Origin: Thermoplasmatota archaeon
GTDB taxonomy: Archaea; Thermoplasmatota; Penumbrarchaeia; Penumbrarchaeales; Penumbrarchaeaceae
Direction: 5' to 3'
NCBI GenBank assembly: GCA_048569615.1
Contig: JBLIRK010000004.1
Location: 4,159 to 68,158 of the forward strand
DNA: 64,000 nt
Shown here: positions 1-9,397 of the stretch, piece by piece
How positions within the stretch are numbered: position 1 is the first letter of the stretch
Layout: every line of letters begins with the position of its first letter
Translations under genes and position numbers: made by a program
The notes under the pieces: generated by a model
Told to the model about the DNA's origin: nothing
Seen by the model: only the letters and a program-made list of their open reading frames with translations
Databases searched by the model: none

Positions 1-207
1 TGCGACAAGTGCGGGGGGGCACTTTACCAGCGGGATGATGACAGGGAAGAGACAGTGAAGCAGAGGCTCCGGGTCTACAGGGACCAGACGGAGCCCCTGG
101 CCGACCACTACAGAAAGAAGGGAATTCTGAAGGATATCGACGGAAGTCGCCCGATAGAGGAGATTTCCTCTGATATAATGGGCTATCTCAAAGGTCTGAA
201 GGAATGA
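1..207 (+). CDS. adk: Adenylate kinase, C-terminal part (5' truncated by window)
   Basis: Hand translation of frame +1 gives [33 protein letters not shown]...[10 protein letters not shown], the Zn-LID end and C-terminus of Adk. The TGA overlaps the next ATG. Not in the ORF track. Confidence 0.93.
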   Translation, partial: CDKCGGALYQRDDDREETVKQRLRVYRDQTEPLADHYRKKGILKDIDGSRPIEEISSDIMGYLKGLKE

Positions 208-1160
208 GCATGAAGATACTGGTAGTGGGCGCCGGAGCCCTCGGCAGCCTCGTCGGAGGCCTCCTTTCCAGGGAGCATGACGTCACCATCGTCGGGAGAC
301 CCGAGCAGGTATGGGTCCTGAAGAGAAAAGGTCTCAGGATAGAAGGCCTCACCCAGGGCGATTTCGAGCTGAAGGCATCGACCTACGCACCCAGTGACGA
401 GAATTTCGATCTAATCATAATCTGCGTCAAGGCATACAATACTGAGATGACAATGGAGCCGTTATCCCCCCTTCTCAAGTCCGGAACGAGGATACTCTCC
501 CTCCAGAACGGACTTGACAACGAGGAGCGCATACTGGACTACCTCAGGAGGAACGACATTCCATCCGAGGTCATTGGAGGCATCACCTGCCACGGCGTCA
601 CCTACAAGGGACCGGGTCTTGTAAAACACGCCGGAACGGGCGACTCCATGATGGGGCATTTCGGATGGGGAAAGGAGGATTCACATCCCGAGGACCGGAT
701 CGAGGAGATCGCGGATGCCTTCAGGAGGGCAGGCATAGATATGGCCGTCACGACCTGCATAGACAGGGAGATCTGGGCAAAGGCCATCATAAACTCTGCC
801 ATAAATCCCATAACCGCCATTGTGGGGGCGCCCAACGGCATCCTGATAGAGAACGAGGACATGAGAGAGATGGCGAGGGACCTTATCAGGGAAGGGGTTC
901 AGATAGCAAGGGCCAACCGGATCGACCTGACGGACGAGGAGATGGAAAGTCGCACATTCAACGTTGCGGAAAGGACCAGGACCAATGTCTCCTCGATGTT
1001 CCAGGACATCAAGCTCAAGAGGAGGACGGAAGTGGATTCCATAAACGGCGCCCTTGTAGAGAAGGGAAGGTCCGCGGGTGTCCCCTCGCCGTTGAACTCC
1101 ACAATGGTCCGGTTGATCAAGGGTCTGGAAGAGATGAACCTCAAGCCCAGCTCTTCTTGA
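204..1160 (+). CDS. panE: 2-dehydropantoate 2-reductase (ketopantoate reductase)
   Basis: GAGALG Rossmann motif, [35 protein letters not shown]. Confidence 0.92.
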   Translation: MSMKILVVGAGALGSLVGGLLSREHDVTIVGRPEQVWVLKRKGLRIEGLTQGDFELKASTYAPSDENFDLIIICVKAYNTEMTMEPLSPLLKSGTRILSLQNGLDNEERILDYLRRNDIPSEVIGGITCHGVTYKGPGLVKHAGTGDSMMGHFGWGKEDSHPEDRIEEIADAFRRAGIDMAVTTCIDREIWAKAIINSAINPITAIVGAPNGILIENEDMREMARDLIREGVQIARANRIDLTDEEMESRTFNVAERTRTNVSSMFQDIKLKRRTEVDSINGALVEKGRSAGVPSPLNSTMVRLIKGLEEMNLKPSSS

Positions 1161-3327
1161 AGAATTCCTCGGCAGCCGTTTCAAGCCCCATCCCCTCGAC
1201 CCTGACCGGTCTGAGCTCCTCGGGGAGGAACTTGAGATAACGGGGCTGCTTGAACCTCTCCTCCATGAGCACAATGACAGCCCTGTCCCTCTCGGACCTG
1301 ATCGACCTTCCGGCGGCCTGGAGAACCTTATTCACAGCGGGATAATTGTAGGAATAATCGTCCCCCAGTGAGAAACCGAACTTGTTCCTGTAATATGTCC
1401 TCAGGGACTGCACTTCGAGGGAAGGCGGTGCCAGAGGAAGTCCCAGGGCGATCACCCCTGAAAGCAGATTGTCCTTGTAGTCAACCCCCTCCGAGAGCGA
1501 CCCCCCCATGACACCTAGGAGAAGGGCCCCTCCGGACCCTTTCATGCCCACAAGTTCATGGAGGATCCTCTCCTTGTCCGACCTGGTCATGGACCTCTCC
1601 TCGATGATGATCCTCTTGGGACAGCCCCATAGATACTCCTTAACGTCAAAGAGCAGGGAATATGAGGGAAAGAAGACGGCCACATTACCAGGGAAGCTTC
1701 CGACCATGGAGACTATCCTTTCTCCCATGGTCCGATACATCGTGCTCCCCCTCTTCTTGTAGGCCGTTGTGACGCTCTCGTCGAGAAGGACAAGCCTGTT
1801 CCTCACCGGGAACGGCGAGGGGTATTCCATCTCCTTCCTTCTGGACCTCGACATCCCGAGGATGTCGCCGAACATGGAGGGCGGGGAGAGCGTTCCGCTC
1901 ATCAGGACCGCGCTGTGGCATGCCTTGAAAACGGGACCGCTTATCTCGCCGGGATCCAGGTTCCGGAAGGCCAGCCTCAACGACTCCATGGACCTTCCCT
2001 CCGGGATCGTGAAATAGAGGATATGCGAGTTCTTCATCCCGAGCATGCTCCGGAGGAACTCCGAGACCGCAAGCACGGGATCCTCATCATCCGGCCTCTT
2101 CCTCTTCCTTGCGTGATCCTGCAGCATCTCTATGAACCCTTCGAGGTCGAAGTAGCCGTCGATGGTCCCCTGGAACAGTCCCCTCACCTCGGATACGAAC
2201 TCCCTTTTGTCAAGCTCGGCCTCGGACCCCTCACCGAGCCTTTTCCTTGCCTGCTCGAGGATAAGCTCCCGGAACCTGCCTAGGAAGAGCTTGAGGTGCT
2301 TCTCTCCCGAGATCGAGTCCAGCGCATCCTCCAGGATCCTTACGGGAAGCTCCTGGGACTGGTTGGACCTTATCCTGTCGGGCAGGTTATGGGCCTCATC
2401 CACAATGAGCACCAGTTCGGAGATGTCCTTTCCAAGACCTCCGAGAACCGCATCCTGGATCTCCGAGAACAGGTAATTGAAATCGCAGATGAGGACATCG
2501 GCGCTCCTTGCCGCCTCCAGGGCGGCCCTGTGGGGGCATATCCTTGCCTTCATGGAGAGGTCTATTATACCGTTCACATCCCTTATATCGTCCAGGATCT
2601 CGGCGGTGAGATACGAGGGGGGAGGTTTGAAAAGCGGGCATGTCCCTTCCTTGGACTGCTGCCTGCAGAGGAAGCCGAACGTGGAATGGGGCAGTTTGGA
2701 TATTTCCCTGGGACACATGGACTGCTTCGAGATCACATCCACAACCCTGACCTTCTTACCGGCCCTGCTTGACAGCTTTCTCATTGTGTCAACTGCTATC
2801 TTGTGCTGGGACTGCTTGGAGGTCATGAACAGGGCCATCCTCTTCTCCTTGAGGGCATGCTCCACTGCGGGGGAGAGCGAAGCAGCGGTCTTCCCGATCC
2901 CCGTGGGTACATTGGCTATGAGGAAACCTCCCGAATCCACCGCCTCCTTCACGTCCTTCATGAACTGGGACTGCCCCTCCCTTACCGTATCAAAGGGGAA
3001 CATCTCGGGAGCAGGCTCCCCTTTTTCCTTTCCCTTGGATCTTTTCACCTCGTACTCTCCGGAATCGAAGGTTCTTCTGGTGAGCTTCCCGGTGTTGGCC
3101 CTGTAGATCGAGGACGATGCATAGTTTGAAGTCCTCGGAGAAACGCCCTTTCTGACGGCGAAGGTCCTGGTGGGCTTCCGGTCCTTCTCCGCTTCATTCG
3201 CCTCCTTCGGCGGATCGAGAGGCTCATGAATGTCTATCAGGCCGCATCTTGGACACCTCCTCTGCTTGCTTCCGCTGGAGAAATCCCACAGAAGAAGTGA
3301 ACCGCAACGCTCGCAGAAATTGCCCAT
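1141..3327 (-). CDS. xpd: XPD/Rad3/DinG-family Fe-S DNA helicase with N-terminal Zn ribbon
   Basis: PTGIGKT, four Fe-S Cys (MCP..LC..TCP..ICP), DEAHN, SGTL, FFPSY, SEGVD, QAAGRSIR. Confidence 0.9.
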   Translation of the reverse strand: MGNFCERCGSLLLWDFSSGSKQRRCPRCGLIDIHEPLDPPKEANEAEKDRKPTRTFAVRKGVSPRTSNYASSSIYRANTGKLTRRTFDSGEYEVKRSKGKEKGEPAPEMFPFDTVREGQSQFMKDVKEAVDSGGFLIANVPTGIGKTAASLSPAVEHALKEKRMALFMTSKQSQHKIAVDTMRKLSSRAGKKVRVVDVISKQSMCPREISKLPHSTFGFLCRQQSKEGTCPLFKPPPSYLTAEILDDIRDVNGIIDLSMKARICPHRAALEAARSADVLICDFNYLFSEIQDAVLGGLGKDISELVLIVDEAHNLPDRIRSNQSQELPVRILEDALDSISGEKHLKLFLGRFRELILEQARKRLGEGSEAELDKREFVSEVRGLFQGTIDGYFDLEGFIEMLQDHARKRKRPDDEDPVLAVSEFLRSMLGMKNSHILYFTIPEGRSMESLRLAFRNLDPGEISGPVFKACHSAVLMSGTLSPPSMFGDILGMSRSRRKEMEYPSPFPVRNRLVLLDESVTTAYKKRGSTMYRTMGERIVSMVGSFPGNVAVFFPSYSLLFDVKEYLWGCPKRIIIEERSMTRSDKERILHELVGMKGSGGALLLGVMGGSLSEGVDYKDNLLSGVIALGLPLAPPSLEVQSLRTYYRNKFGFSLGDDYSYNYPAVNKVLQAAGRSIRSERDRAVIVLMEERFKQPRYLKFLPEELRPVRVEGMGLETAAEEFFKKSWA

Positions 3328-3406
3328 GTCGAAGAACTCCGGGGGAGCTCTACCCTCATACTCGGACCTTAATATAGCCTCCGAGGGGGGGAGGTGAAAA
3401 TATACC

Positions 3407-4171
3407 CTACTCGATGACCTCTATGCTGGTCCTCCGCCCTCTCCTGAGCCTCGTCCTGACGTCGAATACTTCCTTGATGGTCGTTTCCGTCAGGACCTCG
3501 TCAAGACCACCCATGGAATGCAACCGGCCTTCCTTGAGGAGGGCGATCTTGGAGCAGAAACGGGCGGCAAGGTCGAGGTCATGGAGAACGGCAACGACTC
3601 CCAATCCCTTCCTCCGGTTCCATTCCTGCAGCAGCTTCATTATGTCCAGGGAATGTCTGATGTCCAGGTTCTTCGTGGGCTCGTCAAGGATGAGAAGCAG
3701 CGGCTCCTGGGCAAGGGCCCTTGCTATCATCACCCTCTGGCGCTCCCCTCCGCTTAACCGGTTCACCTTCTTCTCCCTAAGATCCCTGACCTCCGTCAGC
3801 TCCATGGCCCGATCGACAACCTTCTCTCCCCGTGGATCACCGAATGAGAACCTTCCCATATGCGGATACCTGCCCATGGAAACGACCTCCTCCACGGAAT
3901 ACTCGAAACCGAGATCGCTCCTCTGGGGTACGACAGCTATATTCTCTGCTATCTCCCTTCTTCGGAGCTTGTGGATGTCGCTCCCCTCGAAAAAAACCCT
4001 CCCGCTGTCGGGTTTCAGAATCCCAGTCATTATACCCACCAACGTGGTCTTCCCGCTTCCGTTGGGGCCGAGTATTCCCAACATATCCTTCTGATCCACC
4101 CGGAGTTGGATGCCGTCAAGCACCTTTCCCCTGCCGTTGTAGCTGAAGTCCACACCCCTCACATCTATCAC
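3407..4171 (-). CDS. ABC transporter ATP-binding subunit (BtuD/FecE type)
   Basis: GPNGSGKT, LSGGERQR, LDEPT, LHDL. Start reassigned to GTG at 4171, which forms a GTGA overlap with the permease stop. Confidence 0.9.
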   Translation of the reverse strand: MIDVRGVDFSYNGRGKVLDGIQLRVDQKDMLGILGPNGSGKTTLVGIMTGILKPDSGRVFFEGSDIHKLRRREIAENIAVVPQRSDLGFEYSVEEVVSMGRYPHMGRFSFGDPRGEKVVDRAMELTEVRDLREKKVNRLSGGERQRVMIARALAQEPLLLILDEPTKNLDIRHSLDIMKLLQEWNRRKGLGVVAVLHDLDLAARFCSKIALLKEGRLHSMGGLDEVLTETTIKEVFDVRTRLRRGRRTSIEVIE

Positions 4172-5190
4172 AGGCCCGACCTCCCCGCCCTCAGGAGATA
4201 GATGAAGAATCCCCCTCCCAGGAAACCTGTGACTATGCCCAGGGGAATGACCGAATCCATAAGGGACCTCGACGCAAGGTCGCAGAGTATCAGGAAAGCT
4301 CCCCCGAAGAGGGCTGAAGCCGGTAGGAGGAGCCTCTGGTCCGGTCCGATGATCCTCCTCACCATATGGGGGACCATCAAGCCAACGAAACCTATCATAC
4401 CGCAGAATGGAACGGTCACGGCTGCGATAAGGGAAGCGAGTACCAGCACAACTGCCTTGGTCCTTTCGGTCTCCACCCCCAGATGCTTTGCAGTATCCTC
4501 CCCGGCGCTGAAAGCGTTGAGGTCCCTGCTGTAGAGAAAGAGACCTGCGGATCCAAATACCACGATCGGAGAGACGATTCCCAGCTCCCACCAGCGGGAG
4601 TTTGAGCAGCTTCCCATCAGGGAGAAAATAAGCTTGGAAGGATTTTCGACGAAGAGATAGACCAGGAGCTGGGTCCCAGCGGTTACCGAGGCGGAAATGG
4701 CGATCCCGGCAAGAAGAAGATGGGTGAGCGGTACCCTGCTCCCTCTCCTTGAGACCATGTAGGCCAAAAAGACAGTCGAGACGGCAAACAGGAAGCTTAG
4801 AACCAGCCTCACACCCTGGGATACAAAGACGGAAGCATCCCGGGTAAGCAGCGTGCCTGCAACATAACCCAAGGCTCCGCCGGCCGATATACCGATAATG
4901 AAGGGATCCACCAGCGGGTTTCTGAACAGCCCCTGCAGCGACGCCCCCGAAACCGAGAGACCCGTTCCGACAAAGAGAGCCATAAGAACTACGGGGAGCC
5001 TGATGTCGATGATAATGGTCCTGTAGGGGCTCCATATTCCGTCCGCCGCCCATTCCAGACCGGGAATGGCGGATAACAGTACCCTGATCGTATCCGGGAA
5101 CGGGACATCTACGGATCCCACGGAAACCCCAAGAACTAGGGAGGCAAGCAGGAGTAAGAGAAAGAGGGCGAATACGGAGAACTTCCGCAT
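4168..5190 (-). CDS. FecCD/BtuC-family ABC permease
   Basis: IRLP, QGLFRNPLVDP, GEDTAKHLG, IGFVGLMVPH; multiple TM helices. Start taken at MRKFS. Confidence 0.92.
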   Translation of the reverse strand: MRKFSVFALFLLLLLASLVLGVSVGSVDVPFPDTIRVLLSAIPGLEWAADGIWSPYRTIIIDIRLPVVLMALFVGTGLSVSGASLQGLFRNPLVDPFIIGISAGGALGYVAGTLLTRDASVFVSQGVRLVLSFLFAVSTVFLAYMVSRRGSRVPLTHLLLAGIAISASVTAGTQLLVYLFVENPSKLIFSLMGSCSNSRWWELGIVSPIVVFGSAGLFLYSRDLNAFSAGEDTAKHLGVETERTKAVVLVLASLIAAVTVPFCGMIGFVGLMVPHMVRRIIGPDQRLLLPASALFGGAFLILCDLASRSLMDSVIPLGIVTGFLGGGFFIYLLRAGRSGL

Positions 5191-5201
5191 GCATTTCAAG
5201 A

Positions 5202-6137
5202 TCATTCCTCGATGTGGTCCATGATAATTGAATGGAACTCCTCCAGGCCGAGTATCAGTCTTGGCCCTGTTCGGTCGCACCAGTCAGCTTCCACGTAGAA
5301 CACCGCTCCGCTTTCCACCGCGGGGACCTCGGCCCAGTTCCCGTCCGAGAGTATCGTTTCCCTGGTGTTTGAAGGCCAGGTCGAGCTCTGGGAGCACAGG
5401 ATGATGTCCGGGTCCGATGCAACGATAAGCTCCAGGGAGGCCTGGATGCCGAAGCCGGAACCTTCGGAAAAGGCGCATACTCCCCCGGCTTTCTCTATTA
5501 GGCTCCCCGAGAAGGTGCTGTCTGTTGAGACCCAGGGATCGGAAAGGCCGTCGTAGTAGGTAACATGGAGGACCTTCGGCCTTTCACCATCCGGGACCCG
5601 GCTGGCATTCTCTTCAACGGCCCCCATTCTCCCCGTGAAATCCCCAATGAGCTCCGAAGCTTCGTCCCCGGCGTCCAATACCTCTCCGATGCCCTCGATA
5701 GAATCAAGGAGCTCGTCTATTGTTCGAGGGTAGATGCGGTAAACAGGAATTCCCATTGCCGTTATCGCCGCATGGTCGTCCCCGGTTATGTCAAGGGTCT
5801 TGTCCATGAGCACAAGCTCGGGCTCAACGGCGATCAGCTTTTCGAGGTCGACGCCTTCCCAGGTGAAAACATCCCTGATCGACCCGGCCTCCGCGGGATA
5901 ATCTGAGGCGCTGTCCGTTCCGACAAGGTCATCCCCCTTCCCCAGGGCGAACACTATTTCTGTAAGCGCCGGGGTCGTGGTCACGATCCTTTCCGGATAC
6001 CTGTCAAGGATAACCCTGTCCCCAAGCATGTCAAAGAATTCAAGATCCCCTTCCTTCCTCTCCTCATTCAGACAGCCCGTCGCTAAAATGGACGCCAGCA
6101 GGATCCCGAAGACCAGATACATAAGGCTCTTTTTCAT
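5202..6137 (-). CDS. Cobalamin/Fe-siderophore substrate-binding lipoprotein (BtuF-like)
   Basis: Lipobox ATGC, PERIV, TEIVFALG, SDYP, EKLIAVEPELV, PAVESGAV, GPRLILGLE. Confidence 0.87.
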   Translation of the reverse strand: MKKSLMYLVFGILLASILATGCLNEERKEGDLEFFDMLGDRVILDRYPERIVTTTPALTEIVFALGKGDDLVGTDSASDYPAEAGSIRDVFTWEGVDLEKLIAVEPELVLMDKTLDITGDDHAAITAMGIPVYRIYPRTIDELLDSIEGIGEVLDAGDEASELIGDFTGRMGAVEENASRVPDGERPKVLHVTYYDGLSDPWVSTDSTFSGSLIEKAGGVCAFSEGSGFGIQASLELIVASDPDIILCSQSSTWPSNTRETILSDGNWAEVPAVESGAVFYVEADWCDRTGPRLILGLEEFHSIIMDHIEE

Positions 6138-6167
6138 CCCTCGCACCTCAATATACATTTACATAAG

Positions 6168-6189
6168 ATAAAGTAAACTTTATTTACTT
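6168..6189. promoter_or_regulatory. Overlapping palindromes in divergent promoter (candidate operator)
   Basis: ATAAAGT-aa-ACTTTAT (6168-6183) and AAGTAAA-5nt-TTTACTT (6171-6189) lie between the ABC operon and a wHTH gene. Confidence 0.45.
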
Positions 6190-6247
6190 CAAGGAAAGTT
6201 TATGCCATATTCTGTTAAGGTATATTATCATTTCCGGAGGCCGGGAC

Positions 6248-7069
6248 ATGGAGATCGTCAGGAACAAGTCAAAGATGACTCGGGTGCTGATCCTGCTAGA
6301 GATCGTTCTGAAAAAGCCGGGGGACCAGAGGACCATCGCATCCTCGTTGGATATAACACCGCAGGCGGTATCGGAGTACCTTCACAGGATGGACCAGGAA
6401 GGCCTTGTGGACCTGACAGGAAAGGCCCCGAGGACTACCGTCAAGGGAGTGGAGATGCTCCAGAGCTCCCTACTTCAGCTCAAGGATTTCACGGATACGA
6501 GCCTGGGGAGCCTGGAGCTGATAAGGTCCACGGATGCGATCGCGTCCAGGAGCTTCAGGGCCGGAGAAAGGGTCGGTCTCTTTATGAGAGAAGGGCTCCT
6601 ATACGCCGGGGATGAAGCCGGATGCACATCCCGAGGCATCGCCGAGAGCGATGCCGCCGAGGGAGAGATGTTGCCGGTCAACGAGCTCTCCGGGGTTCTT
6701 GAGCTTCCTCCCGCAACCCTTTTCACATTGACCCTGAGGCCTTCAAGAATTGGCGGCAGGGGAGACATTCTCGACAGGGAAATGCTGAGGGATAGGTTCC
6801 GTGAGCTCTCCATGTCAGATCCATCGACGGAAGATCCGAGAATATGTGCCATGGACCTGGAAGCAGCAGCTCTTCTGAAAAGAAGCTCCGTGGCATATTC
6901 CCTGGAGATGCCCAGTGTCGAGACGGTCATCAACCATATCCAGAGAGGCGTATCGCTCCTGTGCATAGGTGCGCCCTTCTCCTTATCAAAACTTGCGAGG
7001 GAGGTATCGATCTCCTCCCCAAGAACCACGATGGAGGCGATCCCGATATCCAACGTCCTTGCCACTTGA
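6248..7069 (+). CDS. Archaeal winged-helix transcriptional regulator (COG1497-like)
   Basis: QRTIASSLDITPQAVSEY HTH followed by GERVGLFMREGLLYA...A..DA..GE, the typical C-domain of this family. Confidence 0.75.
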   Translation: MEIVRNKSKMTRVLILLEIVLKKPGDQRTIASSLDITPQAVSEYLHRMDQEGLVDLTGKAPRTTVKGVEMLQSSLLQLKDFTDTSLGSLELIRSTDAIASRSFRAGERVGLFMREGLLYAGDEAGCTSRGIAESDAAEGEMLPVNELSGVLELPPATLFTLTLRPSRIGGRGDILDREMLRDRFRELSMSDPSTEDPRICAMDLEAAALLKRSSVAYSLEMPSVETVINHIQRGVSLLCIGAPFSLSKLAREVSISSPRTTMEAIPISNVLAT

Positions 7070-7106
7070 AAGAAAACCATTTTTAATAAAAGGGATATGG
7101 ACCCGC

Positions 7107-8729
7107 ATGTTCAGGTACCGGGCCCGGGGAACAGCGTTCCTGATCCTGTTGGTCGGATTGATGTTCCTTTCGACCATCCCCATCTCCGACACCGATGCAT
7201 CGGCGAAGGAGCAGGAGTACAGGGATTATGGCACATTGCTGGATACATTCAACGAGGGTACCGGAAGGTACGGAAACCTGACAGTCGGAGATACGGCGGT
7301 GTTCGTGGACAGTGTCATCGCTTCCAATTACATCGAGGGAACCGTCAACGGGGAGCTCAAAGGTGAGACGAAGGTATGGATAAGGTCCCTGCCCGGCGGG
7401 GATCCTCTCATTTTCCCCATTGACCTGACGGATGATTTCAAGACCGACGCCAAGGTCCGGTTCACGGTGTTTGTTTCGGAGAATGGGGAGGGCGAGAACA
7501 AGACCCAGGTCCTCATCCCACTTTTCGACAAGGGCGATATCGAGATCCTTAAGGAAGGCAAGGATAACGGCCCCGTGGAGAAGGACAAGATCGTTGTATT
7601 CGGCATAGAGATCACCCAGAAGTTCCTGCCAGAGAATCTTCGAACGCCCTTCGTGAGGTTCCTGATAGTCTTCACCGTTTGGGGAGTGTGTACGGTTTTA
7701 CTCTGGTTCATCATCTGGGCGGCATTGAAGCTCGCCAGAAGGACAAAGACCGATCTGGATGTTACCTTTCTAAGTATTATCCGGGGTCCCTTCTTCTTGA
7801 TACTTCTCCTCTACGGCCTCCTGATCTCCCTTTCGCAGCTCGAGCTTGATGACAGGATAATAGAACTGCTGGATATCCTCTACCGCGCAGGCACCATCAT
7901 CCTCATCGCATACATTGCCATAAAGGTCTTCAAAAAGGTCGTGATGGTCTATCTGAGGATGGTATCCAAGAGGACCGAGACACAGGCGGACGACGTCCTT
8001 GTACCGGTTCTGGGTAAGGTCATCACGGTCGTGATATGGATCATTGCCATCATCTACTTCCTGAAGGTGTTCGGGGTCGATGTCACCGTCTTCCTCGGTG
8101 CAATGGGTATAATAGGCCTTGTGATCGCCTTTGCGGCACAGGATACCATGTCGAACTTCTTCTCCGGCATCATGATACTTCTTGACCGCCCCTTCAAGGA
8201 AGGCGACTGGATAGAGATGGAGGGAAACGTTTACCAGGTCAGGCACATCGGTCTGCGCTCCACACGTCTGTTCCATTCGTTCTCGAACCAAGTGGTTACC
8301 ATACCGAACAACAGGATATCCGACCACATGTTCTCCAACCTGTCCGAGCCGGATTCCTACGGAAGGAAAACGGTCAAGGTTGGGGTCAGCTACGGATCCA
8401 ATCCTGCCAAGGTCGCAAATATAATGCTCGATGTTGTGAAGTCACATCCGGACGTCCATGAGGACGAGGAGCACCAGACCATATACAGGTTCAGCGACTT
8501 CGGTGATTCCGCATTGATGTTCGCGGTGACATTCTGGGTGAAGGATTACAATGATCAATGGAGGGTGGCATCCGAGGTCAGGGAGCGGCTCTTCAAGAAG
8601 TTCGAGGAGGAGGGCATCGAGATACCCTTCCCGCAGAGGGTGCTGCACTTCGCTAAAGATGTGCCACCGGAGAGCTTCAAGACCATCAGACCGAGGGGAC
8701 CGGACGGCATGGAAAACCTCTCACCTTGA
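7107..8729 (+). CDS. mscS: Small-conductance mechanosensitive channel with N-terminal extracellular domain
   Basis: AFAAQDTMSNFFSGIMILLDRPFKEGDWI, IGLRST, IPN, FSDFGDSAL, GIEIPFPQR. A signal-like N-terminus follows the TATA box at about 7081. Confidence 0.9.
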   Translation: MFRYRARGTAFLILLVGLMFLSTIPISDTDASAKEQEYRDYGTLLDTFNEGTGRYGNLTVGDTAVFVDSVIASNYIEGTVNGELKGETKVWIRSLPGGDPLIFPIDLTDDFKTDAKVRFTVFVSENGEGENKTQVLIPLFDKGDIEILKEGKDNGPVEKDKIVVFGIEITQKFLPENLRTPFVRFLIVFTVWGVCTVLLWFIIWAALKLARRTKTDLDVTFLSIIRGPFFLILLLYGLLISLSQLELDDRIIELLDILYRAGTIILIAYIAIKVFKKVVMVYLRMVSKRTETQADDVLVPVLGKVITVVIWIIAIIYFLKVFGVDVTVFLGAMGIIGLVIAFAAQDTMSNFFSGIMILLDRPFKEGDWIEMEGNVYQVRHIGLRSTRLFHSFSNQVVTIPNNRISDHMFSNLSEPDSYGRKTVKVGVSYGSNPAKVANIMLDVVKSHPDVHEDEEHQTIYRFSDFGDSALMFAVTFWVKDYNDQWRVASEVRERLFKKFEEEGIEIPFPQRVLHFAKDVPPESFKTIRPRGPDGMENLSP

Positions 8730-8748
8730 GCATCATCAGGATCCAGCT

Positions 8749-9327
8749 TTACAACGGTGGTGCGTTATTGTTGTAGGAATCGCTGGAGTATCTGCCATTG
8801 ACCGTTACCTGGTACCAATCATAGAACGGGACATCGGCAGTCTCCGATGCGGTACCGGTTCCGTGTGCCCTCAGGGACCACAATCCCGGCTCTGCATCCT
8901 CTATCTGGTCCAACATCTTTGCAATATCATACCTTCCGGTTTCCTTTGCCGTGTAAACGTCCCGGGCCCTGAGTATGGGCTCTCCGCCCTCAGGCATGTA
9001 ATATAGGGTCACCTCCACCGATCTGGTGTAGTCGATCCTCCTCTCCGTATCCGCCCCGAAATGCACCTGGGCCCAGATATAGAGGTCCGCTCCTCCCCGG
9101 CCGATATGAAAGTTGTCAATCGAAAGATGCTCCTCCTGGGTAAGCACCTGGGAGTTCTCCCCTATGCCCCCGGTGAAATTATGCCTTACCTCCGCGATGG
9201 TGCCCTGCTCATACTGCACTTCCTTCTCATCCGTTGGAAAGAAGATGCCCCTGGTGCTATGGATATCAAGGCATCCTGCTGACCAGACGGATGCTGAAAG
9301 CACGAGGAGGAGGGCTGCAAACTTCAA
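8749..9327 (-). CDS. Hypothetical lipoprotein
   Basis: TTG start gives MKFAALLLVLSASVWSAGCLD (lipobox); the body is beta-rich. Confidence 0.65.
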   Translation of the reverse strand: MKFAALLLVLSASVWSAGCLDIHSTRGIFFPTDEKEVQYEQGTIAEVRHNFTGGIGENSQVLTQEEHLSIDNFHIGRGGADLYIWAQVHFGADTERRIDYTRSVEVTLYYMPEGGEPILRARDVYTAKETGRYDIAKMLDQIEDAEPGLWSLRAHGTGTASETADVPFYDWYQVTVNGRYSSDSYNNNAPPL

Positions 9328-9397
9328 TATAACCCGGGTTCTCACGGGGATGTATAAAGGATGCGTGGATATAAAGGATACCGAAAAAACATGAAAC

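Noticed and set aside
4172-5194. 340-aa N-terminal extension of the ABC ATPase (595-aa ORF)
   Set aside because: It overlaps the permease in another frame and has no protein-like character; a GTG with an upstream GGAGG at 4171 gives a normal ATPase.
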